NCBI GenBank assembly: GCA_016861085.1
Contig: BOKR01000001.1
Span: 451,271-515,270, forward strand
DNA length: 64,000 nt
Source of the DNA: Patescibacteria group bacterium
GTDB lineage: Bacteria; Patescibacteriota; Microgenomatia; UBA1400; PJMF01
Direction of reading: 5' to 3'
Shown here: piece by piece, positions 19,897 through 29,774 of the stretch
How positions within the stretch are numbered: position 1 is the stretch's first letter
Layout of the letters: the number at the start of each line of letters is the position of its first letter
Notes under the pieces: generated by a model
Database searches by the model: none
What the model was told of the DNA's origin: nothing
Seen by the model: the letters and a program-made list of their open reading frames with translations, nothing else
Program-made: the position numbers and the translations under genes

Positions 19897-20517
19897 TTAC
19901 CACTTGGAAATCATTGCTTGCGGTGTTTTGAATAAAATTGTGATGTCCGTAACTATTGATCTTTTTTTAGCGTAATCAGCATCCATTTTTGCTCTGACAT
20001 TAAACGGCACTTCATTTCTACCAGAAGTTTGCCAAGGTCCAGTGATTCCTGGTTTGACAGACAAAATTAAGTCTTTGTACTTTTTAGTTTCTGGATATTT
20101 TTGTGTTTGTTCATCAAGCTCTTTTTTTACATATGCTCGTGGGCCAACCATGCTCATTTCACCACGAATAACATTATATAACTGTGGAAATTCATCAATT
20201 GTGAGAGATCGTAGTGCTTTTCCTAGCTTGGTAATTCTTGGGTCATTCTCAATTTTCCAATCACCTTGTTTAAATTTTTTAAGTAAAGACTTATTGTGTT
20301 TATGCAAAATTTCATCAGCATTTGGAATCATTGAACGAAACTTAAAGAGCTCAAACTCTTTGCCATTTAAGCCAACTCGTTTATGTTTGAATAAAATAGG
20401 TGAACCGGAATCAAGATAGATCATGAGTGGAACTATTATCCACACGGGAAGAAATATGATCATCAATATGAGGGCAACAGTAATATCAAGAATTCGTTTT
20501 TGTTGTGTGTAATTCAT
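19897..20517 (-). CDS. Monotopic polyprenyl-phosphate sugar-1-phosphate transferase (PglC/WbaP C-terminal-domain type, 'bacterial sugar transferase' family)
   Basis: 206 aa. ILDITVALILMIIFLPVWIIVPLMIYLDSGSPILFKHKRVGLNGKEFELFKFRSM and PGITGPWQ are signature motifs of the PglC/WcaJ family. Confidence 0.85.
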   Translation of the reverse strand: MNYTQQKRILDITVALILMIIFLPVWIIVPLMIYLDSGSPILFKHKRVGLNGKEFELFKFRSMIPNADEILHKHNKSLLKKFKQGDWKIENDPRITKLGKALRSLTIDEFPQLYNVIRGEMSMVGPRAYVKKELDEQTQKYPETKKYKDLILSVKPGITGPWQTSGRNEVPFNVRAKMDADYAKKRSIVTDITILFKTPQAMISKW

Positions 20518-20519
20518 AT

Positions 20520-21623
20520 CTACAAATATTCTTTCTTATCTTCTTCTTTGAGTCGCTCAACAAATTTTTTGACGTCTTGACTCTGAGATTTTGGTATTAT
20601 CATCAAAATCTCACCTGTGTCAATAACAATCATGTCATTAACCCCAAGTATGGCCACTAATTTTCCATCGGCATGAATAAGATTGTTCTGCGAACCGATA
20701 GCAAGCACTTTTCTTGTGGCGTCATCACCAATGACTACGTTTCCGGCAAGATCTTTCTTTTCAAGATCATATACAACTTTCCAATCTCCAACGTCATCCC
20801 AGCCGAAATCACCAGGGATTAAAACTAGGTTGGTTGCTTTTTCTGAAATTGCATAGTCAACAGAGATTGATTCAGCTTTATCATAAATTGCAGGTAGTGC
20901 TTCATGGAACTTCTGTCCTTTGAGGTCTTCTAGTCCTGCTGTAAGCTCATACATAGTATGCATATGCGTTTGAAAAGCTCTTTGTAGCACGCCACTTGAC
21001 CAGACATACATATTTGCATTCCAAAAGTATTTTCCAGTAGAGATAAATGCTTTTGCAGTTGCTTCGTTAGGCTTTTCAGTGAAACTTGCTACCTTGAATA
21101 AAGAGAGACCTTGTCCTAGCTTCATTAAATCATCACCAATCTTAATATAACCAAACCCTGTTGCAGGTCTATTTGGTGCAATACCGACTGTAACTAAAAA
21201 ATCATTTTCTGCAGCAGTTTGTGCTGCATGTTTCATAACTCTGATAAATTCTTGTTGATCAGTTACAATATGATCAGAAGCAAGATTGATACAGACAGCT
21301 TCTGGATCAATTGATTTAGCATAGAGTGCACCAGTAAGCATTGCTAAGGCAGTATCTCTTTTTAGTGGTTCGGCAATAATGTTAAGTAGTGGAACCTCTG
21401 GGAGCTGTTTGTGAACTTCATCCTTGTATAGATTGTTGGTAACAACAATAATTCTTTCCCAAGGAATAATTTTTGTAATCCTTGAAACTGCGATTTGCAT
21501 CATGGTTTCATTACCAATCAGCTTTAGAAACTGTTTTGGTGTTTTATTTCTAGATTTTGGCCAAAGCCTGGTTCCACCACCTCCAGCCAAAATAACTGCA
21601 AATGTGTGATCAAGATACGACAT
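20520..21623 (-). CDS. manC: Mannose-1-phosphate guanylyltransferase (nucleotidyltransferase domain only)
   Basis: 367 aa starting AVILAGGGGTRLWPKSRNKTPKQFLKL, the typical GDP-mannose pyrophosphorylase N-terminus. Confidence 0.75.
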   Translation of the reverse strand: MSYLDHTFAVILAGGGGTRLWPKSRNKTPKQFLKLIGNETMMQIAVSRITKIIPWERIIVVTNNLYKDEVHKQLPEVPLLNIIAEPLKRDTALAMLTGALYAKSIDPEAVCINLASDHIVTDQQEFIRVMKHAAQTAAENDFLVTVGIAPNRPATGFGYIKIGDDLMKLGQGLSLFKVASFTEKPNEATAKAFISTGKYFWNANMYVWSSGVLQRAFQTHMHTMYELTAGLEDLKGQKFHEALPAIYDKAESISVDYAISEKATNLVLIPGDFGWDDVGDWKVVYDLEKKDLAGNVVIGDDATRKVLAIGSQNNLIHADGKLVAILGVNDMIVIDTGEILMIIPKSQSQDVKKFVERLKEEDKKEYL

Positions 21624-21624
21624 A

Positions 21625-22836
21625 CTATCCTTTCAGTTCTTTCTCTACTCTCGCTTTAAACTCTCGTTTGAATTTTTCTACTGAGTATTGCATAGCATGA
21701 GCGCGCAGCTGCTGTGCATCAAAACTCAATGAATCTAGCTTTCCAAGAGCATATATCATTTCAGATACTGTTTCTTTTTTTATATGTATAGCGTGTACAC
21801 TGTCTTGCAATAATTCAGCAACACCGCTTGTATAAAATAGTATCACAGGTTTGCCAAAAATTCCTGCTTCAAGTCCGGTGATACCAAAATCTTCTTGTCC
21901 TGGCATTAATACAGCCTCGCAGTTTTTGAAGAGTGTATACGTTTCTTTTTGTGATAATTTCCCGGTAAATAGGATTGTTTTGTTTTCTTTTGTAGCTCTT
22001 TGCATAAATTGTTCAATTGATTCGGAATCCTCTTTAATACATTTTTCGCCTCCGGCAAGACTGTGTAGTTTTTGTTTGGATTCACCTTCTCCTACAATGA
22101 CAAGGGGCTTTTTAAGTTTTAGGCAGGCACTGATACTCAAATCAATTCGTTTGTATTCTACAAGTCTGGAAATGCTTAAGTAAAATTTTTTGACTCCGTG
22201 TAATACTGGAAGATCATTTATTTCTTTTTCAGACAAGAGAACTGAAACTGGCGGATAGATGACTGGTGCAGTTTTTCTGTTATAAAAGGTTTTTACCCGT
22301 TGTGCAACAAGTTTTGAAATAGGAACAATAACATCAGGTCTAGTGCTAGCAGACAAATCCCATTTTTTAATATGGTTTAGAATTTTTTCTACTAATTGCT
22401 TCATAATTGGTAGTTGCAAATACCATTTACTGCTCAAATAGGTTTCATGGTGTGAGTATAAGTAGCGGGTCGGAGTAAGCATATAGCAGATATGTTTCTG
22501 ATTTGGTTTGGTTAATACTCCTTTTGCTTCAGCACTGGTAACTGAAATCACAATGTCATATGCGGATAAGTCAAAAGATTCAAATGCAAGCGGCATCAGT
22601 GGCAGCAATACTTGATGTTTATCGTTGAAGAATGGGATTTTTTGTAGGAATGATGGAATTATTGTAATATTTTTTGCCCATTGAGCCTTTTGAGAATGAT
22701 AGACTGAGGTAAAAATCGGAGCTTGTGGAAAAAGCTCATGAATAGCAGTTAATACTACTTCTGCACCCCCATATGACGTGTTTACTCGATCATACACAAG
22801 AGCTACAGAAGGTGTGTGTTTTTGTTCTTGGTTCAT
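21625..22836 (-). CDS. Glycosyltransferase, GT4 family (GT-B fold)
   Basis: 403 aa. The C-terminus has the GT4 E-x7-E-like region FGITGLEAGIFGKPVILF. Confidence 0.7.
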   Translation of the reverse strand: MNQEQKHTPSVALVYDRVNTSYGGAEVVLTAIHELFPQAPIFTSVYHSQKAQWAKNITIIPSFLQKIPFFNDKHQVLLPLMPLAFESFDLSAYDIVISVTSAEAKGVLTKPNQKHICYMLTPTRYLYSHHETYLSSKWYLQLPIMKQLVEKILNHIKKWDLSASTRPDVIVPISKLVAQRVKTFYNRKTAPVIYPPVSVLLSEKEINDLPVLHGVKKFYLSISRLVEYKRIDLSISACLKLKKPLVIVGEGESKQKLHSLAGGEKCIKEDSESIEQFMQRATKENKTILFTGKLSQKETYTLFKNCEAVLMPGQEDFGITGLEAGIFGKPVILFYTSGVAELLQDSVHAIHIKKETVSEMIYALGKLDSLSFDAQQLRAHAMQYSVEKFKREFKARVEKELKG

Positions 22837-22840
22837 GAAA

Positions 22841-23944
22841 CTATTTTTTTTTCACGATATCTTGATACACTTCTAGGGTTTGTGCAGCCATTTTTTCCCA
22901 GGAGTAGTTTTTCACGAGTGCTTTTCCTTCAAAGTTTGTTTTGTCGGAACTTTGTTCTAATGCATGAACTGCTTGGATAAATGAAGCGGATGAGTGAGGA
23001 CTAAAGTAGAAGGCAGCATTTTGATAAATTTCCTTGAAAATAGGAATATCTGAAGCCAATACTGAAGTTCCAAATGACATGGCTTCGATTCCCGTTAGGC
23101 CAAACCCTTCAGAGAAGGATGGTTGTACTAACGCAGTAACTTGCTGATAGAGCTGTGCTAATTTTTCATCAGGAACATATCCTAAAAATTCTACTTGTTC
23201 CTCAACACCTTTTTGTTTCACATATGCTTTAACTCTATCCTGGAAGACACTTCTGGCGCCTGCAATTAGTAATCTATATTTTGGTAAGGATCCAAGAGAT
23301 TGTAAAATGAGATTTAAATTTTTGTGTGGATACAATGATCCAACATACAACAAAGTATTTTTTAGTTTTGGTTGGTGTGTTATTTTTTTGGGATCAGCAA
23401 TTTCTGCTCCTTCTTTTGTAACTACAATTTTTAATTTCGTCTTTGGATAAAATTTAATGACTGTATTTTTAATCGTTTCAGCTGGCACAAGTATTTTTTC
23501 AGCTTTATGAACAGCAATTCTAGTGACAAGTCTATAAAAAAGATATTTCATTACATATTTGATTGGACTGAGTGTCGTAACAGAACTACCTTTATATTCA
23601 TGCCACAACAGATCATGAATAGTGATAATCAGCTTACCTTTGTAAAAAATTGGAATATTAAAGTGAGGAACGTGTAGTAAATCCAGATTTTCTGCTGCAA
23701 ATTGTTTTGGAAGCTCAATTTGTTCTGCTAGGGTGTAATGTCTAATTGGGGTGTAAACAACTAAAAGATTTTTATTATTTCTATAGGGACCTAGAACAGC
23801 TGTTGCTTGCTCTTCATTATAGAAAAAGCATACAAAGATATCTCTTTTATTTTGTTTAAGCGCTTCTCTAAGAAGATTTTGTGTGTATCTACCGATACCT
23901 GCGTGTTGAGCGCCAGATAGTCGAGCATCGATTCCAATTCTCAT
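22841..23944 (-). CDS. Glycosyltransferase, GT4 family
   Basis: 367 aa with the C-terminal motif EGFGLTGIEAMSFGTSVLASD. Confidence 0.75.
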   Translation of the reverse strand: MRIGIDARLSGAQHAGIGRYTQNLLREALKQNKRDIFVCFFYNEEQATAVLGPYRNNKNLLVVYTPIRHYTLAEQIELPKQFAAENLDLLHVPHFNIPIFYKGKLIITIHDLLWHEYKGSSVTTLSPIKYVMKYLFYRLVTRIAVHKAEKILVPAETIKNTVIKFYPKTKLKIVVTKEGAEIADPKKITHQPKLKNTLLYVGSLYPHKNLNLILQSLGSLPKYRLLIAGARSVFQDRVKAYVKQKGVEEQVEFLGYVPDEKLAQLYQQVTALVQPSFSEGFGLTGIEAMSFGTSVLASDIPIFKEIYQNAAFYFSPHSSASFIQAVHALEQSSDKTNFEGKALVKNYSWEKMAAQTLEVYQDIVKKK

Positions 23945-23970
23945 ATCATTTATTATACTCTATATACGAA

Positions 23971-23995
23971 ATCGCAGGGAGTTATTCCCTGCGAT
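23971..23995. terminator. Strong 10-bp GC-rich hairpin between the Cys-rich protein gene and the downstream GT4 gene (possible intra-operon terminator or attenuator, or an RNA-stability element)
   Basis: ATCGCAGGGA, loop gttat, then TCCCTGCGAT. On the minus strand only a weak U/A-rich tract follows; on the plus strand it is followed by ATTCTATTTTTAATTT. Confidence 0.35.
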
Positions 23996-24023
23996 ATTCT
24001 ATTTTTAATTTAAGCTGCAATTT

Positions 24024-24509
24024 TTATTTTTTAGCTGTTTTTTTCTTTGCTGGTGCTTTTTTAGAAGCAGCTTTTTCAGCCTTTTTTGGTTTTAATGCTT
24101 CGTCAACGATTTTTTCTAGTTCTTTTAGTTCTGCTTCGCTGATTTCTTCATCATCACCGTGTGTGTGATCGCCATCTGAGCAACAGCCATCACCACAATC
24201 TCCACAACAGCCACCGGTTAAAACAAATTCTTTTTCAAGGTTATCTGCTTTTCTGCATCTTACAAAGTTAGAAACCATTGCATATAAGAAATATGCTAAT
24301 GCGAGTGAATAGGTTACTAATGGGAAGTAGGTGAAAATTGCTGGTGCTTCTAGTAATGCAGAAGTATCAGTGTATACATACTTCAACAGCAGTTGTGGGA
24401 CCAACATGTTGGCAACGACAGCTCCAATTACTACTGCAATTGACTCAACTGCTGCAGTCATATTTTTTGTACGAAGTTGCTGAATTTTGAATTCAGTAAG
24501 GTAGTTCAT
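24024..24509 (-). CDS. Small membrane protein with a cytoplasmic Cys cluster and a polylysine tail
   Basis: 161 aa with two predicted TM helices, then GGCCGDCGDGCCSDGDHTHGDDEE, then KPKKAEKAASKKAPAKKKTAKK. The start overlaps the upstream GT2 stop by 4 nt. I recognise no family. Confidence 0.5.
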   Translation of the reverse strand: MNYLTEFKIQQLRTKNMTAAVESIAVVIGAVVANMLVPQLLLKYVYTDTSALLEAPAIFTYFPLVTYSLALAYFLYAMVSNFVRCRKADNLEKEFVLTGGCCGDCGDGCCSDGDHTHGDDEEISEAELKELEKIVDEALKPKKAEKAASKKAPAKKKTAKK

Positions 24510-25387
24510 AGTGCTCCTTTTTTTACTACTAAAATGTACTTAATAATGCTTCTAACAAACCTTGGGTAATTCTCCAAGTAGTGTTTGTCATAGTATTGTA
24601 ACATGGTGTCATAAAAATGCTTGCGTGTTTTTCTGGCTATACTTTGCGATGTGTTTTTAATTCCTGATTTATATTTATGGTGAATAACTGTTACTTCGGG
24701 GTTATATACTACCATATAGCCCGCCTCTCGAAATCGTCTACACCAGTCAAGGTCTTCTGCATACATAAAAAAACGTTCATCTAACAAACCAACTTTTTCT
24801 AAGAGTTCACCTCTTACTACCATAGCTGCTCCTGAGCAGGCATCTATTGTGTGAATGTTACGCAAATTTTTATATGTCTGATGATATTCAGAAAAAAGTT
24901 TGCTAGTTGGAAAAAGATTTTCTAGGCCACTCATATAGGTAAATGAGGCCCAAATTGTTGGTTCACCTCTGTGACAAGCTGGGTCTACCTCACCATCAGT
25001 GAATTCGATTCGAGGGGTAATAATACCGACTTTTGGTTTGTCATCCATAAACTTAAGTAAGACATCTAGGTTTGACTTTTCAGTAAATTCAACATCAGAA
25101 TTAAGTAACATCACATACCTTGCTTTTGTTTCACGAAGTGCTGCATTATTGGCAACGGCAAATCCAAAATTTTCTTTGAGCTTAATAGTGTTTACCCAGC
25201 GAAACTCACGACTCACCATTTTCATTGAGTCATCTGTTGAAGCATTATCAACCACGGTTACTATTACAGTCCTCTTTGTTTTATCAAGATAATACTCTTT
25301 GAGTGTAGACAATGTTTTTTTAAGCCAAAACTGACTATTATAGTTGACAATAATAATTTCTAAATCAATTTTTGCAGTCTTTGTCAT
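24506..25387 (-). CDS. Glycosyltransferase, GT2 family (GT-A fold)
   Basis: 293 aa. IIIVNYNSQFWLKKTLSTL...VVDNASTDDS is the GT2 signature, with a DxD-like motif YAEDLDW. Confidence 0.8.
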   Translation of the reverse strand: MTKTAKIDLEIIIVNYNSQFWLKKTLSTLKEYYLDKTKRTVIVTVVDNASTDDSMKMVSREFRWVNTIKLKENFGFAVANNAALRETKARYVMLLNSDVEFTEKSNLDVLLKFMDDKPKVGIITPRIEFTDGEVDPACHRGEPTIWASFTYMSGLENLFPTSKLFSEYHQTYKNLRNIHTIDACSGAAMVVRGELLEKVGLLDERFFMYAEDLDWCRRFREAGYMVVYNPEVTVIHHKYKSGIKNTSQSIARKTRKHFYDTMLQYYDKHYLENYPRFVRSIIKYILVVKKGAL

Positions 25388-26580
25388 TATTTGCTCCCAA
25401 TTCTTTGGTAAATCATATCAAGCTTATGAGAAATAAGCGACCAGTCATAGTTCTCTTTAACAAATTTCTTTCCATTCTTAGCCATATTTTTTCGTTCTTC
25501 TTGGTTGTTGAGTAATTCTACAGCTAGTTGCGCCATTCCCTCAGGGGTATCACTTGTCATTACGTGTTCACCATTTACTACAGCTAAACCTTCTACAGCA
25601 GTTGTTGTAGCTACAATAGGTGTTCCTGATGCCATGGCTTCAAGAACCTTATATCGTGTTCCTTTTCCGCTAAAAACCGGGGCCATCAAAATATCTGAAG
25701 TTGCAAAAGCATCTCTAATGTCAGGAATTCTGCCGATTACTTTTATTGATGAGTCTGCTTTTTCATATGCATAAACATCTTCAGTTGGTGCATTGCCAAC
25801 AATTTTTAACTGAGCAGTTGGCAATTGTTTTTTAATTAATGGCCACACCCTTGTAACTAAATATTTTACAGCTTCTACATTTGGAAGCCATTTGAACGTA
25901 CCAACCGATAAAACTGTAGGCACGGGTGTAACCTTTTTCTTAACTTCATCAAACCACTGAGTGTCAACTCCATTGGCAACGACTTCAATTTTTTTTGATT
26001 CACCAATTTCGTTCACGATATATTTTTTGTCTTCTTCGCTCATGACGATCAAGGTATCACATGCTTTCCAATAAAATTGCTCCCAACGTCTAATTTTATC
26101 TATATCAATATTTAATATTGGTCGCAAAAAAAATGGAGTTTTTTTTGCATAACTTTCGTACCCGAGATACTCAATTGTTTGTTCAACAAGAATTGTTGGG
26201 ATATTTATTTCTGGAATATGGGGCATCATATAGAATGTTTCTGCATGAATCAAATCGTATTGGTTAGATTGTAGCTCTTCTTCAACCGCCTTAATGATTT
26301 GAGGCGCATGGTTTCGAATCACTAAGAAAGGATATGAGGAAAAAGCGGTTTTTAAGATATTTTTAAAAGTAAATGGTTTTTCTGAACGTTTAAAAACTGC
26401 TACCTTAGAACAGTATTTTTTTAATTCGGGAATGTATTTTTTTTCATCTTCACTTTTGATGAGAGAAAATAAAGTTACTTCATGTTTGTTTGCTAGTTTT
26501 TTAAGCAAATTATATGTTCTGATTTGTCCTCCAGAGAGTAATGGATACGGAAGGTATGGAGTAAGCATTAAAATTTTCAT
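25387..26580 (-). CDS. Glycosyltransferase, GT4 family
   Basis: 397 aa with the C-terminal motif KGTRYKVLEAMASGTPIVAT. Confidence 0.75.
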   Translation of the reverse strand: MKILMLTPYLPYPLLSGGQIRTYNLLKKLANKHEVTLFSLIKSEDEKKYIPELKKYCSKVAVFKRSEKPFTFKNILKTAFSSYPFLVIRNHAPQIIKAVEEELQSNQYDLIHAETFYMMPHIPEINIPTILVEQTIEYLGYESYAKKTPFFLRPILNIDIDKIRRWEQFYWKACDTLIVMSEEDKKYIVNEIGESKKIEVVANGVDTQWFDEVKKKVTPVPTVLSVGTFKWLPNVEAVKYLVTRVWPLIKKQLPTAQLKIVGNAPTEDVYAYEKADSSIKVIGRIPDIRDAFATSDILMAPVFSGKGTRYKVLEAMASGTPIVATTTAVEGLAVVNGEHVMTSDTPEGMAQLAVELLNNQEERKNMAKNGKKFVKENYDWSLISHKLDMIYQRIGSK

Positions 26581-26589
26581 AGATAGAAG

Positions 26590-28029
26590 TTACTCTCTGG
26601 GACGAGTCAAATCAATAATACTATAATCGCTCGTTTTTTCTATAATTGTGTATTTTTTTTCAAGTTCTTTTGCTTCCTCATCAAAGGAGGTTGTTACATA
26701 ATGAGTAGCACCCATTTTGATTTTTTCATCTATATAGTGGCCAATTGGCCAGCCAGTACGGTTTATTTGGAATAGATAAGCTGTGTCTCCTCCATATTGT
26801 GGTGCTATCACTTTTGCATCTTTTGGCAATACTTCATCAGCAGCTTTGCCCGCTTTGGAATATTCCGGGTGGTTAACATTGTAGTAGCCTTTAACCTGAT
26901 TATATGAAAATAGTAACATGGCAACTACTAAGAAAGCCGAGATACCCATAGAGACAAGTGCATTAAATTTTTTGTTAAGAAATGTATCTAGAACTAAAAT
27001 TGCGTGAGCCAGTGTCAATGAAATAACAGGAGTGGTTATAGCTTGATAGTAGTCATGTTGGACATTCCCGGTTGCTACCACTACAAAATAAAGCCCTATT
27101 CCAAACCACCATGCTGGAAGAAAAAACTTTTTGTTTTTTAGCTGTTGAAATAAGCTGATTGGAAGAAAAATAACACCTACATATCCAAGAATTAGTTTAG
27201 TGATTCTTTCATAGCCCAACCACCTAAACCAAGCTGGTCGCAAACGGATGCCGTTGCCATTAAAGAGCCAATCTGAAGCAGGAATTCCCTCTGGAAAATT
27301 CGTAATCCAATTTCTCCATAATAAAAAGGGAATGATGGCCAAGATTGCATATGCATACAATCTGAAATCAGTGATTATTTTTTTTAGTGTTCTCTCTTCA
27401 AAAAGCATGACAGCATATACAGGAAGCAGAAAAGCCACGAATGGTTTTAGAAGTAAAGCAGCAGCCAACGAAATGAGAGAAACCCAATACAAATATGGTT
27501 TTGGTTTTTTTACATAAAATCGAAACATTGTAATTGAAAGAGTTGAGAAGAACACCATAATTGGTTCTGGTAGGATTACTCGGGAGTAGAAAACTGAATA
27601 TGGTAGTACTGCAAAAAAGAATGCTGCAAAATAACCAGCCTTTTTCCCAAAGTAGCTTCGCGCCAAAAAAAACAAACAAAAGAGAGTTCCAATCGAGAAT
27701 AGTGAAGATACTACACGACTGGTAGGAACCAGAGGAAGTGAGGGAGCAGCTTTAAGTAAGGCAGCAGTTATGACATTGTAAAGTGGAAATTCAACCATTC
27801 TATATCCATTAGGGTTATCAAGTCCTGAAGGGATATTTGAAAGATCATGATATGTTGGGTACAAAGGATTCAGTGTTTTCTTAGTAAACTCTCTGGTTAC
27901 CGATGCTGTATCTGCTTGTCGCCAGCTGTGCCAATCTAGTAAATCTGTATTAACCTTATAGAGTCTCAAAATCAGTGCAATGGCTGCAATAATAAACAAT
28001 AACGGATATTTTTTGAGGATGCTTTTCAT
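26590..28029 (-). CDS. Polytopic membrane glycosyltransferase, GT-C fold (PMT_2/ArnT-like, GT39/83-type)
   Basis: 479 aa with at least 10 predicted TM helices. The first-loop motif LLDWHSWRQADTASVTREF is GT-C-like. Confidence 0.55.
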   Translation of the reverse strand: MKSILKKYPLLFIIAAIALILRLYKVNTDLLDWHSWRQADTASVTREFTKKTLNPLYPTYHDLSNIPSGLDNPNGYRMVEFPLYNVITAALLKAAPSLPLVPTSRVVSSLFSIGTLFCLFFLARSYFGKKAGYFAAFFFAVLPYSVFYSRVILPEPIMVFFSTLSITMFRFYVKKPKPYLYWVSLISLAAALLLKPFVAFLLPVYAVMLFEERTLKKIITDFRLYAYAILAIIPFLLWRNWITNFPEGIPASDWLFNGNGIRLRPAWFRWLGYERITKLILGYVGVIFLPISLFQQLKNKKFFLPAWWFGIGLYFVVVATGNVQHDYYQAITTPVISLTLAHAILVLDTFLNKKFNALVSMGISAFLVVAMLLFSYNQVKGYYNVNHPEYSKAGKAADEVLPKDAKVIAPQYGGDTAYLFQINRTGWPIGHYIDEKIKMGATHYVTTSFDEEAKELEKKYTIIEKTSDYSIIDLTRPRE

Positions 28030-29765
28030 GTGTTGCTGAATTTATTTTTATTTGTACGAATTCTTTTTTTTGGTTTAACTTTAATAGTTTTTTCAATTGG
28101 TTTTAATTTGGCATATGCTAGCAAAACACCGGTCATTGCCCAGTAAGTGTATGCAACTTTTGAGGCCGCAAAGACATCAATGAAAGCTGCGTTAATGAGC
28201 AACCCAATTGTTGCACCGATAAATCCAACCGCAAACAGTTTTTTAAACGAGTCAGTTTCAAGTCTATTCTTTATAATGTTTTTGCACGTTGCTAATGCTA
28301 TGAATACACAGCCATAAAACGAGAGAAAGCCCAGTAAACCAGTTTCTCCTAGAGTTCTTAAGAAATTATTATCAGTTGAGTCAGCTTCTGTAAATTCTTC
28401 CACAACTGATTTGGTAAGTGTCGCGTAGCCGGTGCCAAGAGCTGGATTTTTGTAAAAACCGTTTAAGGCTTGTGGCCATAAAGTATCTAATCGAATTGCC
28501 ATAGATAAGCCGTGTTTTAAAGCATTTTCTGAGTAGGTTCGTGGCACTTCTAATGTCACGAATGTTTTTTGGCCTGTTGCAGAAACAGTAGCAACTTGAA
28601 TTTTATCTGGGACATCAACATATACATCACTTGGTTTTATTGGTGATGGTCGGGTGTCTGACGCAACTAATACTTCGGCTTGTTCTGTAGACAATCCATT
28701 TTCTGGTTTCTTAACAGTTTCAGCAATGTATTCCTGGACTTTAAATTGACTCAAAATCATGTTTGAGGTGTTTTTAATTCCGGTCAACACAGTTGTGATC
28801 TCAGGGCGATTTTCAATAACTTGATATAAACGGTCAGCCATATTGCTGCCAAAAAACACGAATAGAATCACAAAAATCAATCCGCTCACAAAAGATTGTT
28901 GAAAAAAGAATTGAACTTTAGAAATAAGTCTCTCTTTGAGGAGACTTGCAATTAAAATAGTTAAAAATAATCCAAGTACTAACCCAGCTAATGAAGTGCG
29001 TGAAGCACTCAACATCATCATCAGAAGTCCTAAAATATAAGTTGTCCACAGAACCATTCTTGGAAACAAGTTAATTTTTTTCTGAAACAGCATTACTAAA
29101 ATAATTGGTAGAACAATAACTAAATATGCTGCCATGTCATAGTGGCCAGCAAAGGTTGATTGTACCCGAGCATGTTCGGTTAGGTATAGGACTATTCCTT
29201 TGCTAAACTCTCTGTTCATGGTTGAGTATACCGGCCAATAAAAGTATTTTTGTCCTAAACCGTATATCCCTACTGCTAGAAGCGTAAACACCACAGAGAC
29301 GAGAATGATTTGTACGTCTCTTTTTGATTTGATTGAAGCATATAGCAAAAAGAAGAGTGAAAAGTATTCAATATATCTGCCAAAGTGCAAGAAGCTTTTA
29401 AGCAAATGAACTTGTGTGGTTGGAATTGTCTGAGTAATAAATATTCCCGAAATGGTTGATAAAAAGCCAACAACTATATAGGCAAATATGATTTTAGTGA
29501 GTGGTGTATCAAGTGATATTTTTTTACGAAGTAACTGTACTCCATAAATTAAAATACAAAATGCAATTAAAAAATCCTCTAGGCGGACACGAACAATATA
29601 CCCTTCTATCAAATCAAAGAGAGGTAACTTTGGGTACAAAGGAATAAATATCAGTAGAAATGTGCTCAAAATAAGCAAGATATTATCATCAAAAAATTTC
29701 AGCCAGTTATGTGGTTTTGCCTTTTTTTCCATTTGAAACTGTATACAAGTATACCCTATTTCCAT
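28026..29765 (-). CDS. O-antigen ligase/polymerase-like membrane protein (Wzy_C family)
   Basis: 579 aa and polytopic. It contains IPLYPKLPLFDLIEGYIVRVRLEDFL and the loop ARVQSTFAGHYDMAAYLVIVLPI. It is a clear paralog of the N-terminal half of the ORF at 39870-43235. Confidence 0.6.
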   Translation of the reverse strand: MEIGYTCIQFQMEKKAKPHNWLKFFDDNILLILSTFLLIFIPLYPKLPLFDLIEGYIVRVRLEDFLIAFCILIYGVQLLRKKISLDTPLTKIIFAYIVVGFLSTISGIFITQTIPTTQVHLLKSFLHFGRYIEYFSLFFLLYASIKSKRDVQIILVSVVFTLLAVGIYGLGQKYFYWPVYSTMNREFSKGIVLYLTEHARVQSTFAGHYDMAAYLVIVLPIILVMLFQKKINLFPRMVLWTTYILGLLMMMLSASRTSLAGLVLGLFLTILIASLLKERLISKVQFFFQQSFVSGLIFVILFVFFGSNMADRLYQVIENRPEITTVLTGIKNTSNMILSQFKVQEYIAETVKKPENGLSTEQAEVLVASDTRPSPIKPSDVYVDVPDKIQVATVSATGQKTFVTLEVPRTYSENALKHGLSMAIRLDTLWPQALNGFYKNPALGTGYATLTKSVVEEFTEADSTDNNFLRTLGETGLLGFLSFYGCVFIALATCKNIIKNRLETDSFKKLFAVGFIGATIGLLINAAFIDVFAASKVAYTYWAMTGVLLAYAKLKPIEKTIKVKPKKRIRTNKNKFSNT

Positions 29766-29774
29766 TAATAATGC

